A stretch of DNA of 62,860 nt, the filler included, from Sluysia triapertura (lineage: Eukaryota): the NCBI GenBank assembly GCA_046118255.1. It is 5 parts of 5 records of this genome, joined end to end, with 100 filler letters (N's around TTAATTAATTAA, not from the genome) between each part and the next. Parts side by side here need not be neighbours in the genome. Positions count along the whole stretch, not along the records: positions 38,213 to 50,604 come from JBJNIA010113642.1; positions 50,705 to 62,860 come from JBJNIA010133844.1; 3 more parts are not named here. One strand, written 5' to 3'. The notes under the pieces were generated by a model, which made no database searches, was not told the origin of the DNA, and saw only the letters and a list, made by a program, of their open reading frames with translations. The translations under genes and the position numbers were made by a program. Of this stretch, positions 38,213-51,860 are shown piece after piece (position 1 is the first letter of the stretch; every line of letters begins with the position of its first letter).

Positions 38213-41113
38213 AATTCCATAATAATAATATTTTATTGTCCTTTATATAAATTTATAATATTTTTAAACAAAATTATTATTTATATTAAAATACATTAAG
38301 ATTTATAATTTTATATTACATTAAAATTTGAAATATATTAGAATTACATTAAAATTTGAAATACATTAAAATTTGTATTATATTAACAATAATAATGACG
38401 ATGAGTAATTATAACTTTAACTCATTCAGTATGAAAACGACCATTTGAACATCGTTGCTTTTTTCAAAATACTGATAAATTTGCATGTTAAAAATTATTA
38501 CGCTTTTTTATATTTTACACATTATACGATTTTATAGATAATCAAGTATGAATATGATGGATTAATGTTTTAAAATCGTGTAGTAATTTCTACGTTGGAT
38601 ATACCTTAGTTTAGAATATTGTAAAGAAATGAAATCACAATTGATAATTTAAAGTAACAAATTTGTTTCTCCAAAAATAACTTTAATTTGGATTTGCAAA
38701 AATTTTTTATAAGCAATTTATATTAAAAGTAACGCCCCAAAATATCAATTATTTTATTTAATAAAAAAGAGTTTCGATGTTTACATTAATTCACATTCTA
38801 TTGCGTATTATGCAAACAGTAATGGGAATAAGTTTTACATTACATCGTTTAATTTATAAAGATTTGTAGTAGCGACAAATGTTATTATATTAAATGATCA
38901 TAAATCATGTATATATATTGTATGTGATTGTGCTTATTGAGTTTGAGTCATACAGTCATACTAACTGAGTTATTATTTGCGGACCATTGATTTTATTAGT
39001 GTTGATAGTTAATTTTTAGAACGAAATAAGTCAATTTGAATAAATGAAAAGGAAACATAATTGTAATGAATGCATGTCAATGTAATGTATCCAGTGGTAC
39101 TGATCAGAGGGCTGCAAAATGTTAAAATGTATTCCAACGCAAAATGAATAATAATAATTGTTCACTAAATGCTATTTTATCAGTTGTGTTCATCATTGAT
39201 ATTTAGTTTTATCAAGTTTTTTGTTATTAGATGATTGAAAGTCACTTATTTGATTAAGAACAATACTAACGCAATACTATTACTATTCATAATGAATAAA
39301 ATTAAAAGTAAAATAATTATCATTATCATCATAAAATAAATAATCTTTATCGTCATCATCATAATTAATATCATCATGCACATAATTACATTACTAATCG
39401 TTATCTTTCATCATTGTCATTCATAATATCACATTTTGAACACAATCACGTTTCTTATCTTTTTACATCATCATAATCATAATCGTCGTCATCACATCTT
39501 CAATTATAATTTTTAAATGTACAAATTTTTTATTTTATTATTATAAATAAACTTTGATAAAGAAAATGAAATCATCAGCAATGAAGCTAGACAATCATAA
39601 TGATACGAGCTTACAGTTTCGATTACCTCGCTATGCTTATTGATGAAATTTGTAGACGATAATATAACAAAACGCTGATAGATGTACCTAGAAATGTCGA
39701 TTGGAATTAAAATCCTCAGAACAAGACGATACATTCCGAAAATACTTTGACAATATCTTAAAAAGAATACTTAGAAATACATTTATGCGAATAACTAAGA
39801 ACAAGAAATTAAAAGCAAACTATAAAAAAATATCACAGAATCTGCTACATTCAATTAGCGCACGATAACATTTAAGGATTGAATAGTAACGTTGAAAATA
39901 AATTTTAGCTAGTTTTAACAATCTAAGTTATAAAGGTATTTGTTGAACACTGCACACAAATTGAATGTAGAATAAAAAGACAATTTGCATAAATCGAAAA
40001 AATACAACGAAAATGGAAGTAATAAGAATAGAAGAATAGATAGATAACAATAATACGGTAACGTTATTGTTCAATATTATGTCAATCAGTTATTGCGTGT
40101 TTGTAGTAAATCAGTTATTGTGCGTGTTTGTAAATCATATATTGTTTTATATGTTTTATATGTTGTATATTTAATCAGTGTTTAATAAATTTATAACTTT
40201 TAAGAAAACCAATATTTTTAAAAATTAGTAATACAACCTTATGATAATAATAATTTATTATGTATAATTTTATAATTTATTATAATTTTATGAATAATTT
40301 TATAATATTTTAACAATAAATCTTGATTAACGGAATAGTTCATTAATAAATTTGTTGATTAACAAAAAGAAAATATTCAAAAATTCTTTGTGACTTTCAA
40401 AAAAACTAGTATAACTAATATATAAAACACAATTCACAATTTTTACAGTTCACAATTATTAAATCTCAATTTGCAATTCGCTGTTTAGAAATTCGTAATT
40501 TATTATTCACAAGTTTCGATTCTCTATTTACAAATCGCAACTGATTTTTTGAAAGGAGTTCTACTTCGAGCATCAAGATTGATTGACTTTCATATTAACT
40601 GCTTCGATCATTTCATACAGGAAATATAATAATTCTTATAGTCATTTTTTTAGACTTTAACAACTGTTTAGAGTTGATGTAAATCACACTCAAAATCTTT
40701 ATTTAATATTTTTTATTCAACCATTTAAAGGGTTGATGTAGCATTGATTTAAAAAAACAATTAATTAATACGAATTTGTAATTTTTGTATATTCATTATA
40801 CTAAAGCTATATAAACTCATTGTCCCTATTATTATTTGAACTAAAAAATGTAAAAGGTGTATCATTTTTACCTCAAAGTCGATCTATACCATTATAAAAC
40901 GAATTAATATTGTTCATTTCATGTGTATGTGGATAATTCGACATTATTGATTCTAAATATAAGAATAAATTCATAAGAAATATAAAAATTCTTAACAATG
41001 AAAATAATCGTTAGTTTATACTGATAATTTGTTTTTTTCATTAATATTCTATTAAACCTTATGTATTTCTAGAAAAGGATATAAGAAAAGAAATAAGAAT
41101 AAGAAAAATTTAA

Positions 41114-41537
41114 TCATTTATTCTTCTTTAAAAATGGGTTGTTAAGTAATCTTTGGTCCCTTTTACAGAGTTCAGCCTCCTCATAACGTTTTCTTATTTG
41201 TCTTCGGCGGCGATTATGTTTTACTGACCGCGTTAGACCTGGATGAGGGACCTCTATAGCATGTTTTTCGATCTTATTCTGAGGATAGTCTGGTGGTGAA
41301 ATTTCCACCTCTTCTATAACTATATTTTGATTGACAACATGTTTTCATGGAGAAATACTCATTTGCAAAATATATTCATCCCTTCCAACTGTGTTCTACA
41401 AAGTGGGCAATTTATTGCTACTAAGGTTGAATGAAATTCTTAGGACATTTGAAATGTATTTTGTGGTCACAAGAGATTGTCTTAGCGTATTATTTATGTA
41501 TGCTTCGTTGACAAATAGAACACTTTGTGAAAGTCAT
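41114..41537 (-). pseudogene. Small RING-H2 finger protein pseudogene with basic C-terminus
   Basis: MTFTKCSICQRSIHK*YAKTISCDHKIHFKC...(frameshift)INCPLCRTQL; the tail is ORF 41114-41308 (HNRRRRQIRKR). Confidence 0.8.
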
Positions 41538-41786
41538 GTTTTTTCCTAAAAATTGAATTAGAAATTCGAAAAGGAAAATGAAAATAAATATATATAATAA
41601 GGCAATAACGAATTAAATTATTAAATAAATTGACTTAAAATTATATATAAATTGAAAATTATATATGTAATTGAGTAAACGTTAAAACTATGTAAATGAT
41701 ATTAAAAAACTATGTGATATAAAAAATATATTATAAATCTTAAAAACCCTAATTAGTATACGCTAAAATATTTTAAATAACATTAA

Positions 41787-41845
41787 TAGAGTTGGGTGAC
41801 CAGTCAAACAGAAGAAAACCGCCACTGGCGATCACCCAATCTCTA
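41787..41845. other. Isolated GC-richer ~59-nt hairpin
   Basis: TAGAG-TTGGGTGA-CCAGT ... ACTGG-cga-TCACCCAA-t-CTCTA. Confidence 0.6.
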
Positions 41846-42073
41846 CTTGTCACTGTGCCCTAAACCTTAATGGTCATTTGATGTCTATTTTGATATATTA
41901 AAATATTTTTATTTGATGAAAACATTATTATAACTTCTATAGCGATATTAGCCATAAGTGTAAAGTAAAGTATAGTTAACATGATGTAAAAATATATGTT
42001 AATTTTAATTTCATTTTCTTGGATATTAATTAATGTTAAGTTATTATAACTTGTACCATTTCGTATTTAAGTA

Positions 42074-42076
<3 letters not shown>

Positions 42077-42113
<37 letters not shown>
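42077..42113. repeat. (TTA)n microsatellite
   Basis: Direct reading. Confidence 0.9.
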
Positions 42114-42115
<2 letters not shown>

Positions 42116-42849
42116 TTGCCGATGATTTTAGGTATCTTACTCTTATAATACTTACGAACTTTGTTATTTTTTATTGTATTTATGATAGGTACTACTAAAT
42201 TAAATGGTCTTTTAAAGGACCAGAATACATTTGTATTCAATGTTTCATTAATAGAAAGTATCCATACATGTATTATGGATAACAACGAATGAGCTTGATA
42301 GTTTGTTTTAACTGTTTGTCTTGGTACTAGCAATCCATAAGTGTATCCTTTATCGATATAATATCTAACAACGATTGAATTGTACTGATGGATTTCTTAT
42401 TCTAACCAGATTTATGTTTTTCACTTTTCGCTAACATTTTATCATTATTTTATCAAAGAATATATAAGGATTAGTTTTGCGTGTATTTTGTCTTATCTAT
42501 TAATTCGATAGTTACTGTGACTTTATAAAATTGGAATTCGAATAATTTTTCGCATGTTATAATCCAATGTTTGGTAGTTTTGTAAGGATTTGTTTACCTA
42601 ATACACCATTTTTCCAAACAATATCGTATTGATAAGTATACTAGCTGCTTATCTATTATTTTAATATTAGCTATAACTTCATCTGTTTTGATTGAATTGA
42701 TAACTGCATATTATTATAATAAAGCTTTCTTCTATTTATACTATTTTTTATTAACTTTGTTGCATGTGTGTCAGAAGTACAAGTTAGACAAATACAAAGT
42801 AAAACAGATGACTTTGTACTCCACCATAGTGTATAGGAATACTTGAATT

Positions 42850-43870
42850 ACTATTATAATCCTAAATTGGTGGTGGCACCAATGGTGGTCTCGGTGGAGC
42901 AAAGAATAACGATTTCGTGGAATCGAATAATGATTATTATTATCATTGTTAAAATGAATGTGTAATTTTACATTTTGTAGTAATGAATGTACCAATCATC
43001 AATAATGCCATTATTATCACTATTATAAATAATGTTGTTGCAGTGAATAGAATTGTTACTGATGGATCTTTAATTAATTTCTTTAGAATTGTTGTCTTTT
43101 CACGTTTGCCTTTTATTGAATAATGTAATTGTTGAGTAGTTTTAACATGATTCTTTACAAACATCACTACATGTCTATCTTCTGTAGCTATAAAATTACT
43201 GCAAATAATTATTGGATACATATTTTAAGGTATATTTTGTTTATAAACTTTCCATATGCTGAAATTAAGTCTAGCAGGATTTATGCAGATACATTGTACT
43301 TCAATACTATTATCCACTATTTTAACTTGTATTTTTTCTGTCAGTTCTATAAATCAAAATATTTAGATCTATAAATTCGTTGTGAATTTAGAGCTATAAA
43401 TTCATAATAGCTTTACGTTTGACCACTTTTATGAAGTTAAATTATCTATAATATTGTAAAAAGATTTTGGTTTTCTGAAAATTTATCGCGAATTTTTTAT
43501 CTGTATTCTGCGTTACTGTTTTACGATATGGAAATAAAAAGTACAAACAATGAAGATCGAAATTATATGATACAACACTAAGCTGCGATCAATTTTTTCG
43601 CAAAGAATTTGTATGCATCTTTGAACTCTAATTTGTATCAAATCAATGTAATCAGTGATAATTCATGTGGAATATATCAATTCCTTTCTTGATTGTGTAT
43701 CCCAAAGAACACAAATGTCGATCAATTGTTCGTAGAAAATTTGTATATAATTTCGAATTATAATCTTTTTCCTTACTATTACTTTTTTGCAATTGCCACT
43801 TTTTATACTTAATTCTGTTAATTCGAATGTTATTTATAATATTATTGTGGAAATATTCATAATATTTCAA
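42850..43870 (-). pseudogene. Decayed single-pass membrane protein (C-terminal TM followed by a Pro-rich tail)
   Basis: TILFTATTLFIIVIIMALLMIGTFI hydrophobic segment, then APPRPPLVPPPI; upstream coding-like fragments with Cys. Confidence 0.4.
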
Positions 43871-44737
43871 ATAATCAGTTCATATATTATTGACGAATAA
43901 TTAATTCATAATTTATAATACAACTAGTCAATTCAAGTTAATCAATTTATACGTGTATTTTTATTTATAATAAATAATAATTTATTACAGGCAGATAGTC
44001 AATTTATATATATATATTTTTATTTATAATAAATTGTAATATTACATACAAATAATCAATTCATTCATAATGTATTACAATTCTGAATATTGGTGTATTT
44101 CTAGTCCGATTATTATTATACTAAATTTTAATTTTATACCTTTTCTATTAAATAGTAATTTAAAATGATTTTCCTCGATTATAATGCTTTTAAATTTTTA
44201 TTACATATAATTTGTCTTATGTATAATAAATCATGTTTTAAAGATAATTGTGATCGGATTTTATGTTCTTAAAATTTGATTTCATATTAATGTTATTGAT
44301 TCTTAATTTAAGATGATTTATTGACTACAATAATAATGTTTAACTTCATATTGTCTTTATAGAATCTCGCTTTAAAATGATTATTTATACATTGTCACGT
44401 TAAATTTAATTGTTATTAAATTTTGAATTTATGTTAACTATATGTAATGTCATTTTAAATTGATACTAAAGTATTATAATCTTAATATTTATTTTATTAA
44501 AATGAGTTTATTTTAAAATAAAAAATGATATTAAAATGAAAAATAAGCATTGTCTAAAATTCTAAAATAGATATTATTTTACAATAATAATGTTAATAAT
44601 AATAATAATAATAATAGTAATAGTAATAATAATAAATTACTAATATTAATTTGCTTTTCTGATTATGATAATACAAAAATTTTCGACACAGAATTATCAC
44701 TTTGAATTAACACTGTAACGAAAAGGTTTACTTTTAG

Positions 44738-44821
44738 CTAACACGTTGACGCAAACTTTTTTCCTCATTCATTAAAAACAAAAATTGGCGGCTACAGCCG
44801 CACTTTGCGGCAACGTGTTAA
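44738..44821. mobile_element. Tiny piggyBac-like MITE (~76 bp)
   Basis: cTAA-CACGTTGACGCAAA ... TTTGCGGCAACGTG-TTAA; related end TCAACGTGTTAA at ~56991-57002 with the GCTGTAGCCGCC motif. Confidence 0.65.
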
Positions 44822-47800
44822 CAGCACAATAATTGACTTAATTGTTTTACTACTTGTAAACGTTTTTCAACTTAATATTTTCATCACTTAAATGAATAAA
44901 TACAAAAATAATAATCCATTTCATTGTGTACTATTGTTATATGCTTTATTTTCTTTTATTTAATTATTTTATTTATTAATCGATATTTATTTTATTAATA
45001 AGTCCCTTATGTCGTTTAGTCATATATTGATTTATTTAATTTGTTTAAACTGTTTTTCAATTAATTTTCACTAGAAATATTTACATTGTTCAATCAATTA
45101 AACTAAATTATAATATTGTTCAATTAAAATTATTCAGTAATTTAATTTGTAAGTCATTTAAAAGTTATTCGGTATTGTTCTTTTGGTTCGATAAACTTTT
45201 ACATTCAAAAGAATTTTTTTAAAAATAGCACCAATTAAAATGTTGAATACTTAACTAAAAATTATTAAATCAACATTTATCGAATCAAAGTAGCTCATTA
45301 TATTGAAGTAAGGTTAAAATATTGATAAAGTTTGGAGATATTTTCAAATTCAAAGTTTCAGTAATTAAGAAAGTAACGTTATATATTCTTAGTTTTAATA
45401 ACATACATTTCCATGATTTGGATAATCTAAAGAATAAACCATAATTTCTGTTACAGTTGTACAATTTATTACAAATAAAATTTGGAAATTTACAATTAAA
45501 AAAATTAATAAAAACAACCTCTTATGAGTTTATTATTGAATAAAAACTAAGAAAATATTATAATTATATCGAAGTTAAGAAATACGTGTCCATATTTGTT
45601 AACTGTATTAACTTGAGTCGTGTAAAATGACTTGGTTCAGCGTAATTTTTGAAAGAAATTTGAAAGATATATTTAATAAGAATGATATTATGACAAATTA
45701 AGACAAAATTATGAACAATGATTCATATAATAAATTATTTTATGATTTTTATAGACATTGGCAATAGTTTGAAATCTTGAATTTTCTTTTCAGAATTTGT
45801 TGCATATAAATAGTTAATTTATAATAATCAATATGTTCAGAAATTATCCAAAAGTGTCTGTTGTTACTCTTGGAACTTATGAAAAACCTTACAATTTTAA
45901 TCCGTCTTCTAGGGTTAGATTATTTTTTTGTATTATATAGTTTATGATAATTATTATTTTGAATTGTTATTGATTTATTGTGTTCTTAGCCGATTATTCT
46001 TTAAATGTATTTTTAGAATTGAAATTAAAATTATTATTTTATAAATTTAATTTAAATAATTTATTATAGCACAGAAAAACCTTCATTTTATTTTATAATT
46101 TATTTTAATTTAAGCTGCCATGATATAATATCTTAATCGGATATTGTGGAACAATTTATTCTGTTCTCTTTTTTGTTAGTAGAAATTCAGAATATTACGA
46201 TTAGTTGGCATAAATCGTAAAAAACAAAAAAAGCATTTCGAAATTAAACATAACAATCGCTAATTAACTTAAAATTATAAAAATCTATATTAATTTTAAT
46301 TAAACTTTTTTCGTTTAAAAATATTCTTAATATTCTAAATTTAGTTTCCTCTAGTTTAGTCAAATTTAATTATTTATTAAAGATTTTACTTGTAGCATTA
46401 TTTTACCTCTACTAATTTATTTGTTTGTCTTCACCTACTTCTTACCAAGGTGAAACATAGAAAGCACTACCAAATAAAATAATTTAAAATTATTGTTACT
46501 TTCATAAAAACTATGATTATTATAACAATTATCATTATCATTTTACTCTTACTATAAAAATTAATTGTTGCTATTAGTCTACATATTACACAATAAAATG
46601 TCATGATACTTAACTGTTCTAATAATTAAAATATTAAATGTGCTAGTACTAAATACTTCCTAAACAATTATCAAAACAATGAGGATCATTATCGATTTCG
46701 CAATTACAAGCACATACACAGAAAACCATTAACAGAACATCCCAATTGTTTATCTTGTATTATTATAGACATACTGTGGACTACCGCAATAAATGTACAT
46801 TAGCCTTTTGAACTCTGAATCAATTTCGAGAATATTAGCAAAACAACGACTTCTAAACAAAAATTAAAGAAATATTTCGATTCAGTTAATTTAAGAAAAT
46901 TTATGGTCATATATTATATATTATGTACACCTTAATATTAAAATGACTCTTCATCAAATGGAAGATACAAATGCAAAATTGTTTTGCATTCCGAAACTTA
47001 AAAACTGAACGTGATCTCAGATGTACAAGGATTGCAACGAAAAACAGTATAAAAAAAGTCCAAAAGCGGAGAATGTGGAAAATATTACTTTCAGTATGCC
47101 AAGGGCCTTATAACCTGACTTGTAACTGCTGTTTTTGAAAGCACAAGAAAAAAATAGGAAAATAGGAAATGCCATTCTTTATATTATTCATAATTATAAT
47201 CAATACTTAGGCAGAGTTATATATATATATTAATCCGCTTTCTAAGTGAGTATTAACTTTATAGTCATTCAGTAGTTCATATTCAGTAGTTAGACAAAGA
47301 AAGAATGTCATATTGTGTTATTTTAAATGCTTAGTGCTCTTACATTAAAATTTTTTCATTAATATTTATTTTAATTGTGCAATTAATAGTCATGTCTGTA
47401 ACGAAACCTAATTAATATAATAAATTAATCAATAATTATTCTTACAGTATTCTTTGGATCTATAATTAAAACTTTAAAATTAAGTTGTAATGAAAACTTG
47501 TCACCGATTACCTTAAATTCAATTGAGACTTATTGATTTTAAACTTTTTAAATAATGACTAGTGATTCTTACTCACTTTAATATTATTCGTAAATCGTAG
47601 GCAAATATAAATTTTATATATATTTATATATCGCTTAAAAGTATTCTGATTTAACTCTATAATTTAAATCATCATAATAATTTAACTAAAATGATATGAT
47701 TTTAAAACCGTAATATAGACAATTTCTATCTGAAAAGTGATAATTTTAACTCATCTGTGATTTCTAACTAAAGTCTATTTAAAACGAACAAATAAGAATC

Positions 47801-50604
47801 ATTTAATGTTTTATTTCTAAACAAAATTTTACATAAAGTAGAATTTTTAAATTTTTATTTCACAAGATATTGTATTTATTCAGTTTTGTAATTATCACTT
47901 GTTTTATTCTACAAAATAGCCAATCAATAAGTCAAATTCAATTTGATGGCTCAAAGTTCAGTAAATTAATGTGTTTTACTAAAAACTTGATACTAGTAAA
48001 CGAAAATATTTTTGTGTAAAAATACTTCCTTGTTTAGTACTTTCACAAATACTACATTATAGCCAATAGTTTTCTCAATTATATTCTACAATAATTTCTT
48101 CATAATTAAATTTTCTCTATAATTAATTTCATCATAGAGCCAAATTTATTATTTAATAAGTTGAACATTTTATCAATTCCATGTATGTATGTATAAAAAT
48201 ATTTTGATTTCTTTTGGCAAAAATAATTTTAAGTTTTATTTTATTCTAGTATATTTTTTCTTATTTTTGTATTTTTATTACTTCTTTTCTTTTGCTTCAA
48301 ATCAATTAAAAACTTACTTTTTTATTAACTTAATAATAAACTTTACTTTGTTACTCTTTATGATGTAAATTTAATCTGGAGTCAATATTCGTCTCTAATG
48401 TAAGAAATGGAAATGAAAAAAATAACATTTTGTACTGTCGGATCTTACTTTCCAATATCTCTAAACTAATAAAACTTTATTGATAACAAAAACAATTTCT
48501 TTTATATACAGATTTGCAATTGATAACGAAGGAAATCTTAAATAGGCTAATCCAAACGTAAATTCCTTTTTATATTTATTGTTTTGTTTAAGGAAAACTT
48601 AAATTTTTATACTTGCAAAATTAATATTTGTCAATTAAATAATATTACTGTTAAATTAAGTAATATTTCCAACAAAACCAAAATGTTAAATTGAATAAAG
48701 TTATCAACAACTGTTAATTCAAAAACAACCAAACTATTAAACCAAATCTGAATCAAATAATTTAACCAAAAATTGTTAAATTAACTTGTGTTTATTTCAC
48801 TGAAAAACTCCTATTTATAGAGTAATTTTTTGTATAGAGTAGTCTCTTTCTATGTTAAACCTATGATATTCAGCCAATGATTTTTTCTGTTAGCACACAA
48901 AAATTCATTATTTCGTTTTTTACATATTATAGTTTTAAATTGCTCTCGTACACAAACTTAATATTTCAATTAACACATTATTTCATTTAGCATATTATCT
49001 CGCCATACTTATACTATTTATAATCATTATTCTGTACTTACAATTATTATTTTTAACATTGGTGTATTACCTACTATTACCATTGTGTATTTATAATTAA
49101 TTTAACATTTTAAATATAATGCTTATATTTTCATCGGCTTTATTTATTTGTTATTTTCTATATTATAATTGCACATGTTCTACGATGTTTTTACTTATTC
49201 TTCATGTTTGGTAAGATCCATATTTTCTTATTTTTCAAAATATTTTTGAATGTATTTAAGAATCCGTTTCTTTTGCATTTTGAAATTTCTAAACGTTTTT
49301 CAGTCCTTAATCAAAAATTTATTTATTTTAAATTAAATATTAAAACTATAAAAACTTTGCAAGAAATGTTCATAATTGTTATTGTAATTGAAATTAAGTA
49401 ATATTAATTAAGTAATTTAAACAGTTAATTATTTATGAACAAAATATTATTGTAACAATAATTTTATTACTACAATAAATATGCTTTTATTTTATTAATT
49501 CAGTGCTTTTGTTTAATTTTACAATCATCATTTAACCTAGCAATTGTTTGTATTTGTAGATTGTCATTGAATAAAAATAAATGAATAAAATTATCAATTG
49601 TCGATCTTACACAACAATAAATTATATTAATAATTATAACTAATAAATTTCATACATTTTTTATTATATTTTTAAAATCAGGTGTAGTCAATTAATAATT
49701 TTTATGCTAAAATCATCCATCAACCAATCATATCACTTAAAACTTGTGCCCACTCTAAACTACTACAAAACCACTAGAATAGTATGTGTTCGAGCGAAAT
49801 CACCACCAAACTTTGGATCCCTATATTTTCAAATTAGATTAGATTATAAAACACTGAATTAAACGTCTCTTTTGACGATAGTCTGATGGAAATAAATTAA
49901 TCTTACTAAAAAACAGAAACCATTTTAATTGCAATCATATTTTAGTTATATATTGCTTCAGTGACATAATCGCAAAATTTATCTAATATTAGTTTTAAGT
50001 TATGTACATAATTTATGTGTTAGATAATGAAAATAAAAAACAAATATCAAAATTAATTAATGAAATAATAATAAAATATAACATAATTCAAATAAAACAA
50101 ATATTATATTAAGATAAGAATAAAAATAAAATAATAATTAAAATCGAAACGAAATAAACTAAAGTACATATCATTATCGATAGGGGTCAAAAGAAAGGCG
50201 TGACATAAGTAAAAAAACGTATTTAAAATACTAAGATTACGTAAAATTCAGAACGACGAGAAAATATTGCTTATCGTTTAATTTAGTTTAGTATACAATA
50301 CAAATATATTGGCTAAATTGTCATTCAAACTCATTAAAATATATTTCGAATCACTATCAACACGATTGTTGATATTTATTTCGTAAATAAAGTACTCTGA
50401 TACCATTGGGAGAATTTTTAAACCTAAAGATTAAATTTTGTTAAAGATTACACTCAATCTTTACTTTTCATTTGCGTATTTCATTTTACTGTAAAGAAAA
50501 ATTTTAATCAATTAAAAAAATCAATTTTATATTAATTTAACACTAATTAGTATTATTATATTAATTAATTATTTAAACAATTTTACTTAACAAGGCTTTC
50601 AATA

Positions 50605-50704
50605 NNNNNNNNNNNNNNNNNNNNNNNNNNNNNNNNNNNNNNNNNNNNTTAATTAATTAANNNNNNNNNNNNNNNNNNNNNNNNNNNNNNNNNNNNNNNN
50701 NNNN
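50605..50704. other. Artificial contig linker
   Basis: 44 N + TTAATTAATTAA + 44 N. Confidence 0.98.
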
Positions 50705-51012
50705 TTATATTTTTGAAAGTCTTATGAACAAGTAAAAAAGAATAATAACAACGTAGTTGTAGATATTAAAAGAAATTCCATTTTGATTACAATGTTTTAA
50801 AATGATTTTGAAATGTGAATTTAATGTTTTTTAATGATGTTAATGATTTGAATATTGAAGTATTGTGAACTTGAAATGTTTTACATAAACTTTTGAATTG
50901 TACACTCGATGATCTAGAAAGTAAAGGAATTTTATTAAATCTGAAAAATAAAATATGCGATGTTATAAACATGATTTTTAGTCTGTATATGATGAATTAA
51001 AATTTTAAGATA

Positions 51013-51860
51013 TAAGGTTGGCCACCACACTCATCTCCTACGATGACTACATGTGCTAAAATATAGTCTGTGCCTTTCGACTCTTCAATAGTCGCACCTC
51101 TTTATCCGCACCCTTGCCATGAATGAATTGTGGAGAGTCGCTGGAGTACAACTTAATAAGGTTGCCAAAACTCTGATGCCTTGATGTGGTTAAATGGATG
51201 TCAGCTGGACAAATATGCGGAGCTCCAAAATTCGCACTGCCCTTATTAATTTACAGCGAAAATACAGGATTTCTGTCGCTTTCCTCTGCTCCAATGCTGA
51301 CAATCAGATTAAATTATCCATTAGTTGTTAATCCTTCGGTGTCAGCGAAAATAGCATCATTTTTAATAGATTTCATAAGGATAAAATTGGCAAATACCTT
51401 CATGAATTGATTAACATTTCCAATAGTAATACTTGGAAATCCCTCAAATGTCAGGGTCATTTTGTTGAATGTCTCATGAAAAGTCCACTCTCGGGCAGAC
51501 CGCACTCATTTCAACTCAGCAACTCTTGCTGGGCTTTCATGATCAATCTATTTCTTGTCCTTTGTTTGTGCCCTCACACTCGCATCGGTCAAACTGTGAG
51601 ACACAATAAACTTCTTGAATGCCTGGTTATGATTCTTTATCGTAAGGGCTCTTCGTAAAAAAGATTCTCAAACCCCGATTATTGGGGACATTCGACTCCC
51701 AGATATTCAAGCCCGGGTTACTAATTTGACACATCCTTTTCTCATTGATATTAAGTTTCCAACTGATATCTATGAGTACTTTAAATCTGCGCGTAACCTT
51801 AACTTGTCTATATATAAAGATCTGCATGGAAAATTGCAAGTGCAACTTAAGTATCAGGTG
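51013..51860 (+). mobile_element. Truncated second copy of the NeSL-like element (post-RT region plus RLE)
   Basis: High nucleotide similarity to 32910-33764; retains IGDIRLPDIQARVTNLTHPFLIDIKFP (PD..DxK). Confidence 0.92.

Noticed and set aside
46680-47140. Possible piggyBac transposase Cys-rich C-terminus
   Set aside because: Only scattered Cys across several frames; no DDD core recognisable
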